DNA of 64,000 bases from Candidatus Nanoarchaeia archaeon (GCA_035288845.1 DATDZB010000001.1:9092-73091); one strand, 5' to 3'; positions 54,688-64,000 are shown, numbered from the stretch's first letter. Made by a program: numbers and translations. The notes: generated by a model from the letters alone, not told the origin.

Positions 54688-55085
54688 AAATTGTTTTTGA
54701 CACAAACATTCTGATCTCAGCAACACTTTGGGAAGGAAGCGTTGCGCAAAAAGTGTTGTTTAAACTTATCCAGGAAGATACTATAATTTACACTTCCAAG
54801 GAAATTCTTGAAGAATATAAAAAAGTTCTCAAAAGAGATTTCAAATACACAGAACAAGAAGTAGAAACAATTTTAGAAAAGATCTTACTCTTTGTTCAAA
54901 TTATAGAACCAAGTGAAAAATTAGATATAATAAAAGCAGATCCAGAAGATAATAAGATATTAGAATGCGCAGTTGCATCAAAAGCAGAATACATTTTAAG
55001 TTATGATAAAAAACACTTACTAATTCTTAAAGAGTTTCAAGGTATACTTATTTTAACACCAGAACAATTCCTAAAAATCACCTAG
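54684..55085 (+). CDS. PIN-domain toxin (VapC-like).
   Basis: The N-terminus MKIVFDTNILISA carries the conserved Asp. It is 133 aa. Confidence 0.65.
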   Translation: MKIVFDTNILISATLWEGSVAQKVLFKLIQEDTIIYTSKEILEEYKKVLKRDFKYTEQEVETILEKILLFVQIIEPSEKLDIIKADPEDNKILECAVASKAEYILSYDKKHLLILKEFQGILILTPEQFLKIT

Positions 55086-55153
55086 ACTAAAGAAATTAAA
55101 AAAATAAAAAAAACTAGATCCACCCAAAAGATCTAGCCATAATGCCACCCTAT

Positions 55154-55408
55154 TTATTGAAATTTATATTCTACACTAGTAGATCCTCCTGCTTCTTTTC
55201 CATCAAAATAAATAACTCCTTCATCTCTTAAATAACCTAAACCACGGTTTAAATCAGTAGGACCAATATCTTCTCCTACACGTTGTCTAAGACTACTATA
55301 AAAAGGACCACCAGCCAATTTACTTGCTCTTTTTTCTACAAATACTGCTCTTACTAACGGAACTAGTCTTTCAACAACTTCCGCATCTACACAATCTGTT
55401 AATTCCAT
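55154..55408 (-). CDS. Hypothetical protein with atypical composition.
   Basis: It is 84 aa and rich in G/V/R/E, unlike the local proteome. Confidence 0.35.
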   Translation of the reverse strand: MELTDCVDAEVVERLVPLVRAVFVEKRASKLAGGPFYSSLRQRVGEDIGPTDLNRGLGYLRDEGVIYFDGKEAGGSTSVEYKFQ

Positions 55409-55657
55409 GTTTATTCCTCCGGTTTAAACGTTCCCTAATTTTCTCAGAAAGTAATTCTAACGCCCTCAGAAAAAATTAGTAAGAGCGTTAAAACATAATA
55501 TGGATAATAATCACTAACACAAAGATACTATTAATTATCTTATGTTGTGACTTCATGCTAATTATTATGTAAGTTTTAATATATAAACATTATTGTCTTT
55601 TATCTTATAAATTAATTTAGTAATCTTTTTATTAGTTTTCTTTAAATCAATATCTAT

Positions 55658-55743
55658 GGGCTCGTAGTTTAGCGGCTATAACGCAACCTTGACGAGTAAT
55701 CTCAAAGTGGTTGAGGTCGCAAGTTCGAATCTTGCCGGGCCCA
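55658..55743 (+). tRNA. tRNA-Val(GAC) with a 13-nt canonical intron. Phe(GAA) cannot be fully excluded.
   Basis: The acceptor pairs GGGCTCG with CGGGCCC. The D stem pairs GTT with AAC. The anticodon stem pairs CAACC with GGTTG, and the 20 nt between the strands comprise a 7-nt loop plus a 13-nt intron. A relaxed BHB is present (TTGA:TCAA central helix flanked by 3-nt bulges CGA and AGT). The T arm pairs GCAAG with CTTGC around the loop TTCGAAT. The discriminator is A. Confidence 0.6.
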
Positions 55744-55803
55744 TTAGAAATCTTTCAATAAATTCTCAAGAACAGTTATAAACAAAATTACAAAAGCAAG
55801 TTA

Positions 55804-56316
55804 ATGAAAAATATATTCTTAATTTTATTAATACTTTTAGTTACAAGTTGCACATTCAAAGAAGAAATAAAAACAGAAAATGCAACTGTAAAAGAAATAA
55901 TAGATGGAGATACTTATTTAGTTGATATAAATGGAACTGAAGAAAAAGTAAGAATTCTAGGCGTAGATTATCCAGATGTAACAAAAAGTAGAATGAAAAA
56001 CTTCTTAGATCTAAATATTACAGAAATTAGAATAAAAGAATGTTATAAAAAAGGAAAAATAGAATTACAAAACAACTTAGTTGGAAAAAAAGTAATATTA
56101 AAAAAAGATCCAAAAGAAAGTAATAGAGATAAATACAAAAGATTACTAAGATATGTAGAAATTAATAATACAGATGTTGAAACATGGCTTTTAAAAAATG
56201 GTTATGCAAGATTTTATGATCCAAATAAAGAACTTTGTAGCAAATGTATAGACTATTATATTTTATATGAAAATGTAAGTACTTCAAAAACTGGGTGTTT
56301 ATGGTCAGAAAGTTAA
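55804..56316 (+). CDS. Secreted thermonuclease (staphylococcal nuclease homolog) with a lipoprotein-type signal.
   Basis: The signal peptide is LVTSC|TF. The SNase motifs are VKEIIDGDTYLVDINGTEEKVRILGVDYPD and KYKRLLRYVEINNTDVETWLLKNGYA. Confidence 0.75.
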   Translation: MKNIFLILLILLVTSCTFKEEIKTENATVKEIIDGDTYLVDINGTEEKVRILGVDYPDVTKSRMKNFLDLNITEIRIKECYKKGKIELQNNLVGKKVILKKDPKESNRDKYKRLLRYVEINNTDVETWLLKNGYARFYDPNKELCSKCIDYYILYENVSTSKTGCLWSES

Positions 56317-56355
56317 ATAGAAAATAATATAAGAAGAATAAAATAGAAAAACAAT

Positions 56356-56910
56356 ATGCCTAAAAAAGAGATAGATCATAAAGAAAAAAAGAAACTACTA
56401 AATCTTTCAGAAATAAGTTTAATTCTAGATACATATGAAGATATTTTTTCAGATTTTGACCCAAGACCTTTTACTGAAAGAGCATTATCAGATGATTTTT
56501 TACTAGAAGCTAAAAAAGCAGCTAGAGATAAAAATAATCATGTTCAATTGAATTTTTTAATACCTAAAAATAAAAGAGATTTAAATGAAGAAAAATTAAT
56601 CAAACAAAGATTAAAACAACATTTTGAAAAACATTATTCTAATTTGGAAAGAGATAAAAATAAAATGCTTAAAAGAGGAATTATGTTTATAGCAGCAGGA
56701 GTTATTTTAATGTTATTTGCTTCTTTAGTATTATTAAAAGAAAAAGGTGGATTTTTATCTGCATTTTTAATAATTTTACTTGAACCTGGTGGATGGTTTT
56801 TATTTTGGGAAGGACTTTACCAAGTAATATTTGAATCTAAAAAGATGAATCCAAATTTACATTTCTATGGAAAAATGAAAAATGCAGAAGTAAGTTTCTT
56901 AGGTGTATGA
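56356..56910 (+). CDS. Membrane protein, hypothetical.
   Basis: It is 184 aa with two central TM helices. Confidence 0.4.
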   Translation: MPKKEIDHKEKKKLLNLSEISLILDTYEDIFSDFDPRPFTERALSDDFLLEAKKAARDKNNHVQLNFLIPKNKRDLNEEKLIKQRLKQHFEKHYSNLERDKNKMLKRGIMFIAAGVILMLFASLVLLKEKGGFLSAFLIILLEPGGWFLFWEGLYQVIFESKKMNPNLHFYGKMKNAEVSFLGV

Positions 56911-56912
56911 AT

Positions 56913-57377
56913 TTATTTAGTAAAATCAATAACTATAGGTTTAACAATCCTTTTCCAGTCTTCAGCTTTCATTCTAATAGAATTAGTATGTAATCCAGCA
57001 TTAAATTCAATTTCTAAATTATTAAGTAAAGAAGGATCACAATAAACCTCTAATCCATATAAATTTCCAAAAGGAGGAACACTTCCAATTTCACAATGAA
57101 TGTTACTAAGAACTTCTTCAGGACTAGCTAAACTTGCACTTTTAGTATTTAATATTTCTTTAATTTTATTCCAATCTAGTTTCTTAGAAGCACTTAAAAC
57201 AAAATTGTAAAATTTACCAGAACTTCTAACAACCATAGATTTAGCACCTTCTTCCAATTTAGCATTTCTAACTCTTGCTGCATCTTCGCTTGTAAAAACA
57301 GACTCATGTTCTAAAACTTCATATTTAATTTTATTAGAATCTAAAAACTTCTTAATTTTTTCAAAATCTTGTTTCAT
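56913..57377 (-). CDS. YbaK/ProX-type aminoacyl-tRNA deacylase domain protein.
   Basis: It is 154 aa. The GAKSMVVRSSGKFYNFVLSASKKLDWNKI ... GSVPPFG pattern is typical of YbaK. Confidence 0.55.
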   Translation of the reverse strand: MKQDFEKIKKFLDSNKIKYEVLEHESVFTSEDAARVRNAKLEEGAKSMVVRSSGKFYNFVLSASKKLDWNKIKEILNTKSASLASPEEVLSNIHCEIGSVPPFGNLYGLEVYCDPSLLNNLEIEFNAGLHTNSIRMKAEDWKRIVKPIVIDFTK

Positions 57378-57424
57378 AATTTTGTAACAATATCTTTAAA
57401 TATAAATTTAACTCTAAAATACTA

Positions 57425-57655
57425 ATGGAATGGAAAGAAATTTTTATAGTTTCATCAATTATTGGTGTAATAAGTTATTTTTTTACACTTACTAATTATC
57501 TTCAAATTTCTTCTCCACTTTTTGGAGTTATAGCTGCAGGTTTAGTTTTAAATAAAAAATTAAGTCCAAAATCTTCTTGGGGAATATTTATTGGAATGAT
57601 ATTAACTGGTTTAATATCTATAATATTAGAACTATTATTTTGGTTATTTTCATAA
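57425..57655 (+). CDS. Small membrane protein.
   Basis: It is 76 aa with three hydrophobic helices. Confidence 0.3.
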   Translation: MEWKEIFIVSSIIGVISYFFTLTNYLQISSPLFGVIAAGLVLNKKLSPKSSWGIFIGMILTGLISIILELLFWLFS

Positions 57656-57695
57656 AGAACAAAATACTTAAATATAAATTTTACAAGCTTTTATT

Positions 57696-58280
57696 ATGGC
57701 AAGATTATTCAAAGAAATAGGTTGTCCTGGTTGTAATGCCGAATTTAAAACTATACCTACAAAAATAGGAAAATATTGCCCAAATTGTAAAGAAATTATA
57801 TTTATTACCCAGCAAGCAAAAAAAGAACAGCTAAAAAATAAATTAGATGAAGAAAAACTTCTAGAAAAAATAAAAGAAGCTTTAGAAGGTAAAGAAAGAA
57901 ATGATTTTTTAGATGATTTCTTAAATGAAGCTTTAGATCCATTATTTGAAAATAAAAGCGAAGAAGAAGATTTTATTACTTTAATTTTTAATGATAAAAT
58001 TGGAAAATGTAATGGTTGTGGAATAAACTGCGAACTTATTTCTGGTTCAGATAAATCTTGTTCTGATTGTGTTGGTTTAATAAATATTGTAGGTGATTTT
58101 GAATTGGACGTAAGTCAAGGTAAAGAATTAAGTGAAAGAAGCTTACTAATTCAACTCAGAGAATGGATGACTGAAAAAAAAGAAGTTAGAGATAAAGTGT
58201 TTGATCCATTCCTAGATAATTTATTAAAAAAATTAATTCCAGATAAGAAGAAAAGAGAAAACATTATTCGTAGTGTCTAA
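57696..58280 (+). CDS. Zn-ribbon-containing hypothetical protein.
   Basis: The N-terminus has CPGCNAEF...CPNCKE. There is a second Cys cluster at CNGCGINC...CSDC. Confidence 0.4.
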   Translation: MARLFKEIGCPGCNAEFKTIPTKIGKYCPNCKEIIFITQQAKKEQLKNKLDEEKLLEKIKEALEGKERNDFLDDFLNEALDPLFENKSEEEDFITLIFNDKIGKCNGCGINCELISGSDKSCSDCVGLINIVGDFELDVSQGKELSERSLLIQLREWMTEKKEVRDKVFDPFLDNLLKKLIPDKKKRENIIRSV

Positions 58281-58285
58281 AAAAT

Positions 58286-58480
58286 TTATTCAGGAATAAT
58301 TTTAAACTTTTTACTTAACCCAAACTTAGATCTAATAACTGTAAATTTTTTTATACCTAATTCTTCAGCATGCTTCTTAGCAGCAGCTTCAGTTAAAAAA
58401 GTCTTTAATCTAGAAGTTCTATTTCTTTCATTACCTTTAGGGATATATCTCAATCTCCTAGTATGCATTTTCCTAACCAT
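58286..58480 (-). CDS. Small basic protein, hypothetical.
   Basis: It is 64 aa and rich in K/R. Confidence 0.3.
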   Translation of the reverse strand: MVRKMHTRRLRYIPKGNERNRTSRLKTFLTEAAAKKHAEELGIKKFTVIRSKFGLSKKFKIIPE

Positions 58481-58502
58481 ATAATCTGGAAAAAATTAGC
58501 CT

Positions 58503-58970
58503 TTAAAAAGCTTCCTCTACTAATCCCCCTATTACAATGCCCCAGTCTACTATTTTAATTGCCTTTTTATGCAATGTTCCATTAATTCTCAAAGGAATTC
58601 TTCTAGAAGCATTTAAAATTTTGTCTGCTAAATGGTTGTAAGGAAAACGAGAAGAAACATAATTTTGAGTATGTTGGCCAACTAAATAAACTGGTGAATA
58701 TTTTTCAATTGGTCCGTAAGTACTTTTAAAACCACCAGATTCTAAAACTACTCCTTCATTTCCAGGATCTAACCAAAAAGCTGTTCTAGATAAAACTCTA
58801 AACTGCATATTACCTGCTTGTTGCCAAAGACCCGTTACTGTTACATCTCTTTCAACCTCAGAATAATGATGTCTAGCCAAAAGCTCAGGTAGAGAATCAT
58901 AAGGTACTTTTCTAGGCAAAACTAATTTACTTTTCATTAAATTTTCCAGCACTTTATCAATATTAACCAT
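58503..58970 (-). CDS. Hypothetical protein.
   Basis: It is a 155-aa ORF. Confidence 0.4.
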   Translation of the reverse strand: MVNIDKVLENLMKSKLVLPRKVPYDSLPELLARHHYSEVERDVTVTGLWQQAGNMQFRVLSRTAFWLDPGNEGVVLESGGFKSTYGPIEKYSPVYLVGQHTQNYVSSRFPYNHLADKILNASRRIPLRINGTLHKKAIKIVDWGIVIGGLVEEAF

Positions 58971-59072
58971 TAAACTAAAAAATCCAAAAAGGCTATAAAT
59001 CTAACGTTAAAGATAATACTCAAAAATATACTTAGCGTTATGTTTATATATAAATGAATTAAAATAAATTCT

Positions 59073-61109
59073 ATGGAAAAAAGGGGGCAGGCAGCAGTTT
59101 TTCTAATAATAGGAATAATCTTATTAATCGTAGTAATAAGTGTCATAGTTATTAAACAAGATTTCTTAAAAAATCTATTTTCAAGTATCTCAACAGAAAG
59201 ATTAACTGTTCCTCAGCAAGTAAAACCAGTACAAACTTTTCTAGATTCTTGTGTTCAAGAAATAACAAAAGAAGGAATTAATATTATAGCATTTCAAGGT
59301 GGCAGATTAAATTTAGAAGAAGATAATATTCCAACAACACCATTTACTCCGTTGCAAACTTCTCTAGAAATAATTCCAGATTCAGAAATTAAAACAAGTG
59401 TTTGGTTTAGATCAAGAGGAAATGGAATACAAGAATTAAATATTCCAACAGAACAAGAAATAGAAAATTCAATATCCCAATATGTAGAAGAAAATTTTGC
59501 TAATTGTGTTCAAAACTTAACAGAATTTGATAGACAAGGTTATTCTACAAGTGCTGATGGAATTCCAGAAGTAACAACAGATATCTCATCTAATAATGTA
59601 TTAACAACAGTTGATTTCCCAGTAAATATTCAAATTTTATCTACAAATTTTACATTATCAAAACATCAAGGTTCAGTAGATTCTAATCTAGGTAAACTTT
59701 ACACAATGGCTAAAGAAATAATGGAAAAAGAAAATGAAGACTTTTTCTTAGAAAATAAAACAATTGATACTTTGGTTGCTTATGATCCAGAAATTCCTTT
59801 TTCAGGAACAGATTTTTCATGTACTCAAGACATATGGGTTAAATCAGATGTAGAAAGAAAATTAAAAAATGTTTTATTTGAAAATGTAGCAGCTATGCGT
59901 ATAAAAGGAACAAATTACGATTTAACAAATGACAATCAAAAATATTTAGTATTTGATGCTTTAGATACAACAGACAGCGAAGTTACAGCAAACTTAATGT
60001 ATATTCCAAGCTGGCCAACTTCAATAGAAATTTCACCTTCAGAAGGAAATATATTAAAAAGTGATTTAATTACAAACAAAGCAGGTGGAGCAGTTTCAGC
60101 TTTATTATCAACATTTTTCTGTCTAAATAATCATCAATTTGTTTATGACTTAAAATATCCTGTATTAATTAGTTTAACATCATCTGATGGTTTAACATTC
60201 CAATTCGCAACACAAGTAATACTAGACAACAATAAACCAAGATCAAACACAGTAATATCTACAACACTTCCAGATATAGAATCTCCAATATGTAATTACA
60301 GACAAAAAGATGTAACTATATTTACAGGATTTATAGATGAAAATAATCAGCTAGCTCCATTAGAAGATGTAACTTTAAGCTACAAATGTTTCCCTGCAAC
60401 TTGCCAATTAGGAAATACAATATTAAATTCAGATGGAGAACCAACTTTAACAACTAAAGTTCCTTTATGTGTTAATGGAATAATAGAAGGAAGAAAAGAA
60501 GGCTATAAACAAATATTGAAAACATATTACTCTTCAAACAATGAAAATTCTCCAGAAATAGCTCTAGTTCAATTAGAAAAGGTTTACAATAAAAAAATAA
60601 ATTTATTCATAACAGAAAAAGAAACAGGAGAAACAAGAGAACCATTTGGAACAGAAACAATTACTTTCCAATTTATACACCAAGGAACAAATTATCAAAA
60701 TTCATATATTTATCCAAATGAAAATAATACTTTAGATTTGATACCTGGAAAATATATAGTAAGTGCTTATTTAATGAGAAATAGTAGCACTTATAAAATA
60801 CAAATTCCAAAAGAAGAATTAACTACTTGTGTAGAAACAGAAAGTCTAGGTTTATTTGCTTTGTTCCAAAAAAATCAAGTATGTAAAACTACAGAAACAG
60901 AAGCATTTGAATCTAATAGTGTATTAACTGGAGGATTTACAGATTTGGAATATGAATTTACTAGAAAAGATTTATCATCAAATGAAGCACTAAATTTATT
61001 TATATTATCTTCAAAAATACCAGGCAGCTTTAGTGATTTACAAAAAATACAAATAGAAATCGAAACAAATAAAGATCACTCATTATTTAAGGAACCAATA
61101 GTAGGATGA
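59073..61109 (+). CDS. Large class III signal peptide (pilin-like) surface protein or adhesin.
   Basis: MEKRGQAAVFLIIGIILLIVVISVIVI carries a KRGQ|A motif. The extracellular region is 650 aa with several Cys pairs. Confidence 0.6.
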   Translation: MEKRGQAAVFLIIGIILLIVVISVIVIKQDFLKNLFSSISTERLTVPQQVKPVQTFLDSCVQEITKEGINIIAFQGGRLNLEEDNIPTTPFTPLQTSLEIIPDSEIKTSVWFRSRGNGIQELNIPTEQEIENSISQYVEENFANCVQNLTEFDRQGYSTSADGIPEVTTDISSNNVLTTVDFPVNIQILSTNFTLSKHQGSVDSNLGKLYTMAKEIMEKENEDFFLENKTIDTLVAYDPEIPFSGTDFSCTQDIWVKSDVERKLKNVLFENVAAMRIKGTNYDLTNDNQKYLVFDALDTTDSEVTANLMYIPSWPTSIEISPSEGNILKSDLITNKAGGAVSALLSTFFCLNNHQFVYDLKYPVLISLTSSDGLTFQFATQVILDNNKPRSNTVISTTLPDIESPICNYRQKDVTIFTGFIDENNQLAPLEDVTLSYKCFPATCQLGNTILNSDGEPTLTTKVPLCVNGIIEGRKEGYKQILKTYYSSNNENSPEIALVQLEKVYNKKINLFITEKETGETREPFGTETITFQFIHQGTNYQNSYIYPNENNTLDLIPGKYIVSAYLMRNSSTYKIQIPKEELTTCVETESLGLFALFQKNQVCKTTETEAFESNSVLTGGFTDLEYEFTRKDLSSNEALNLFILSSKIPGSFSDLQKIQIEIETNKDHSLFKEPIVG

Positions 61110-64000
61110 AAAAAAATAGGTTGATAGCAATATTTTGTATGTTATTAATAGTTAGTATGCCTATAGTTTTTTCTGCAGATGTAACAAACAATCCTTCTCC
61201 TTTAGAAAATCAACAAAGTTCTTACTTAAGTAATAGTTTTTCAAATTCAGTTTACAATGATCCATATCAAAATTATGTAAGAAGATCAACAGGTTATGGT
61301 TCATATGGACCAGAACAATATTTAGGTGAAGCAATTGTTATTAATGTTGCAGATTATGAACCAAAATTAGTTAGAGCTTCTTTATTAGAACAGCAAGATG
61401 TTCCAGTATTTATTTATTTAAAAGGTTATACATTACAAAGTTTTATTTCACAAACTGGAAATATAATTTCTGGAGTAGAACAAGGTACAACAGGAACTTC
61501 TAAAGGTTCTTCAATAAGTTCATTAAGTGCATTAGATCCATTTGCTATTTCAGAAATTCCACCAATAGATTACATTCAAATCCTACCAAATTATAACACA
61601 TCTGAAAAAGATTACATTAGATCAATAAATTATATAAAGCCTAGAAAAGATAAACAATCTCTTTCAAATTTAGGTTATTTAGTAGTTTACTTAAGAAAAA
61701 TAGATAATGAAAATGCAACTCCAAGTAATAACACAATTAATATTAATTTAAATGCAAAAATATATTTAAATTTAGAACAAAATTCTTTATTTGGAGTATC
61801 TGAACAAAGTTTATCTTTGAAACAATTAGAAAATAAATCTGAATTTTTACAAAATAAAGATAAATATTCATTTTATTCAGGAAAAGGCTACTTAAGAGCA
61901 ACAAGAGTATCTCCTACTTCTGTTACATTAGAAGTTTACAATAAAGATTTAACTCCAATTTCTTTAGCTTCAGCATCTAATGCAGCTGGTCTAGAACAAA
62001 GAACATCTGTAACTTTAGCAAAAGGTGAAACATCCTCTCCTATTTCATTTGGTTATTCAGGAAATCCAATAAATGATTTATTTAGAGTAAGACTAGACGA
62101 AGTTACAGCTCCAGGAGATAAAGCAGAAATACAATATGAAATAAATGGAAGGAAAATAACTAGAAAAGTTCCTGTAAATGCAAGATTACATTCAGCTTCA
62201 AATTGGATATTAAAAGAAGTAAAAAAAATTGAAAGCAATAAGGTTGTTACACAAGTAACAAATCCAAATGTTAACAAAGTATTTGGTTCAGAAATTAGTG
62301 TTGATGAAGTAGCTTCAGAATTTAAACTTAAAACTCAGCAAAGAAATGAATTATTTGATCTAGCTTCAATAGGAAGAAATCTATATGTTGAAAAACATCA
62401 AATAAGAATAGAAAACCAAGTTACATTTGAAAAAAAAGTATTAGAAACTAAACTTGTTACTTTAGATGGAAATAAACCTTTTTCACAAGCAGAAGTTATA
62501 GGACCAGATTCAGTTAGAATATTAGAAAGAAGATATTGTGAAGAAGTTTCAGATGTTGAAAGAGATGATGTTGCGTGTCAAGCAATATTTAGATATCAAA
62601 AATTAATACAAGAATTCCCAAATAGCGAAGAAACTTTAAAAGCAAAAAGTGATTTAGCAGATATTTATGCAGACTTTTTAATAGTTTACAAAGCTTGTCA
62701 ATTAAATGTTCAAAATAGAGTAATAGATCCAGATAGCTGTAAAATTTATCAAAAAGATATGATTGATTTAGCAGCTTACTATTATTATCAAATAGGAGAT
62801 AATGAAAAGATAAGCAACTTATATGGTACAATTGCTGGCGAAGAATATCTTCAAGATGAAGGAGTACCAATTAAATTATTTGGAGTTTCTACAGCAAAAG
62901 ACGAACAGCCAAAATTCAAATTATCACTTTATGATGGAATTAAAGAAACAAATCAAATTACATATCAAAATGGAGATGTAATAAAATCTATTGGTATTAA
63001 TGGTAAAATTAAATATGAAAAACAAGGAGATTATTACTGGGTTGTAGATCAAGTAAATCCTTCTAGTATAAGCTTAGTTTTACGTAGATTTACAGATCAA
63101 TTTAACAAAGAAATTAATTTAGATAATATTTTAGATATAAATACTTACACCTTATTAAGCAAATTAGGAATTAAATCAATTCCAACAGGAGAAAGAAGAG
63201 ACTTAATTCTAAATAGAAGAACAACATTAAATACTGCATTTGCACAAAAAGATGCACAAGGAAGAATAATAGGTCCAGCAGAAGTTGCAAATGTAGAAGT
63301 AAAAGAAATTGAATCTAAATCAGAAGCATATATAACAATAGTTCCAGGTGCAGGAAGAGCATACTCAACTTCAAGTTTCTCAGTCCACATTCCAGTAGAT
63401 CCAAGACCATTTAAATTAACACCAGACCAACTAGAATCTCAAATTAAAGGTACTAAAGATTTAATTAAAATATTAGATGAAATAATAACTAAATTAGATG
63501 AATATATTTCTACATTAAAGAAATTATGTCTAGGTGCATTTGCAGTTTTAACAATTAAAAATTCATTAAGCGGAACAAGAAATATAGCAAGAAAACAAGT
63601 TTCAGAATATTACAAAGCAAGTTGTCAAAAAGAAATTGCAGAAGGAAAAACATCTGAACATCCTGCATTTACAAGAATGGAAGAATGTTTAAATCATTAC
63701 GGAGATAAAATAAAACAATCAACAGATTCAACACAAAAACATATCTCTGATATAAATGATAAAATAAAAGGTAAAACAGCAGATGAACTAACTAGTGTTG
63801 CTCTAGCATCTTCAGATGAAGAAAAGATATGTGGTTCATTTAATGAATTCGTAAAAGCAAGTCCAAATGCAAACCAGCAAACATTAATTACAAATTATAG
63901 AGATTGTTTACTAAATGCAAAAATACAAAATGATGCATCTTTAGCACAAGGGTTTAAAGATTATTCACAGCAAAAATCAAATGAAATTGGAATAAAAACT
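61106..64000 (+). CDS. Very large secreted protein, 3' partial at the window end (>960 aa). It is not in the ORF track.
   Basis: The frame from the ATG at 61106 stays open to the window end. It has a Sec-type signal peptide (MKKNRLIAIFCMLLIVSMPIVFSADV). Its start overlaps the upstream gene's stop (ATGA). The three listed minus-strand ORFs at 62-63.4 kb lie antisense within it. Confidence 0.55.
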   Translation, partial: MKKNRLIAIFCMLLIVSMPIVFSADVTNNPSPLENQQSSYLSNSFSNSVYNDPYQNYVRRSTGYGSYGPEQYLGEAIVINVADYEPKLVRASLLEQQDVPVFIYLKGYTLQSFISQTGNIISGVEQGTTGTSKGSSISSLSALDPFAISEIPPIDYIQILPNYNTSEKDYIRSINYIKPRKDKQSLSNLGYLVVYLRKIDNENATPSNNTININLNAKIYLNLEQNSLFGVSEQSLSLKQLENKSEFLQNKDKYSFYSGKGYLRATRVSPTSVTLEVYNKDLTPISLASASNAAGLEQRTSVTLAKGETSSPISFGYSGNPINDLFRVRLDEVTAPGDKAEIQYEINGRKITRKVPVNARLHSASNWILKEVKKIESNKVVTQVTNPNVNKVFGSEISVDEVASEFKLKTQQRNELFDLASIGRNLYVEKHQIRIENQVTFEKKVLETKLVTLDGNKPFSQAEVIGPDSVRILERRYCEEVSDVERDDVACQAIFRYQKLIQEFPNSEETLKAKSDLADIYADFLIVYKACQLNVQNRVIDPDSCKIYQKDMIDLAAYYYYQIGDNEKISNLYGTIAGEEYLQDEGVPIKLFGVSTAKDEQPKFKLSLYDGIKETNQITYQNGDVIKSIGINGKIKYEKQGDYYWVVDQVNPSSISLVLRRFTDQFNKEINLDNILDINTYTLLSKLGIKSIPTGERRDLILNRRTTLNTAFAQKDAQGRIIGPAEVANVEVKEIESKSEAYITIVPGAGRAYSTSSFSVHIPVDPRPFKLTPDQLESQIKGTKDLIKILDEIITKLDEYISTLKKLCLGAFAVLTIKNSLSGTRNIARKQVSEYYKASCQKEIAEGKTSEHPAFTRMEECLNHYGDKIKQSTDSTQKHISDINDKIKGKTADELTSVALASSDEEKICGSFNEFVKASPNANQQTLITNYRDCLLNAKIQNDASLAQGFKDYSQQKSNEIGIKT

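Noticed and set aside
53480-55657. A recently integrated element at tRNA-Thr with att direct repeats.
   Set aside because: I could not find a duplicated tRNA 3'-end segment at the distal boundary by eye. I kept it as an accessory segment of uncertain origin.
62053-63390. Three minus-strand ORFs (74, 93, 81 aa) near the window end.
   Set aside because: They lie antisense inside a long open plus-strand frame (61106 to the window end) that encodes a signal-peptide-bearing giant protein.
1-64000. A CRISPR array, rRNA genes, transposases/integrases or a reverse transcriptase.
   Set aside because: I saw no regularly spaced direct repeats. No long GC-rich rRNA-like blocks are present. No DDE, serine or tyrosine recombinase motifs were recognised in any frame I examined.

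Overview
AT-rich (~28-30% GC) archaeal chromosome segment with DPANN-like features. Archaeal identity rests on RadA, RPA, aEF-1beta, aIF2alpha with Nop10, S27e/L44e/S15/S3Ae, a GINS-like subunit, CarS, FtsY and SRP54 together, and on intron-containing tRNAs. The main feature is a same-strand battery of about 13 class-III-signal-peptide (type IV pilin-like) genes at 0.6-8.6 kb. It is preceded by the C-terminal part of a possible FlaJ/TadC-like platform protein and followed at 19 kb by an A24 prepilin peptidase (PibD/FlaK-like). More class-III or Sec-secreted giant surface proteins sit at 59-64 kb. Other content includes a lipid module (CDP-archaeol synthase plus glycosyltransferase), the translation/H-ACA operon L44e-S27e-(Zn finger)-aIF2alpha-Nop10, replication and repair genes (RPA, RadA, EndoQ, GINS-like, catalytically dead RecJ/Cdc45-like), SRP genes, and two putative toxin-antitoxin pairs near two intron-bearing tRNAs. 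It also holds a compositionally atypical (GC- and Gly/Ala/Arg/Pro-richer) island at 44.6-48.4 kb encoding two paralogous bitopic membrane proteins with extracellular degenerate LytM/M23-like domains, and a GC-rich about 175-nt element with 11-bp terminal inverted repeats. Several real small genes (Nop10, a CxxC-x17-CxxC zinc ribbon, three mini-pilins) are absent from the ORF track, and many listed ORFs are antisense artefacts. No CRISPR array, rRNA or recognisable transposase was seen.
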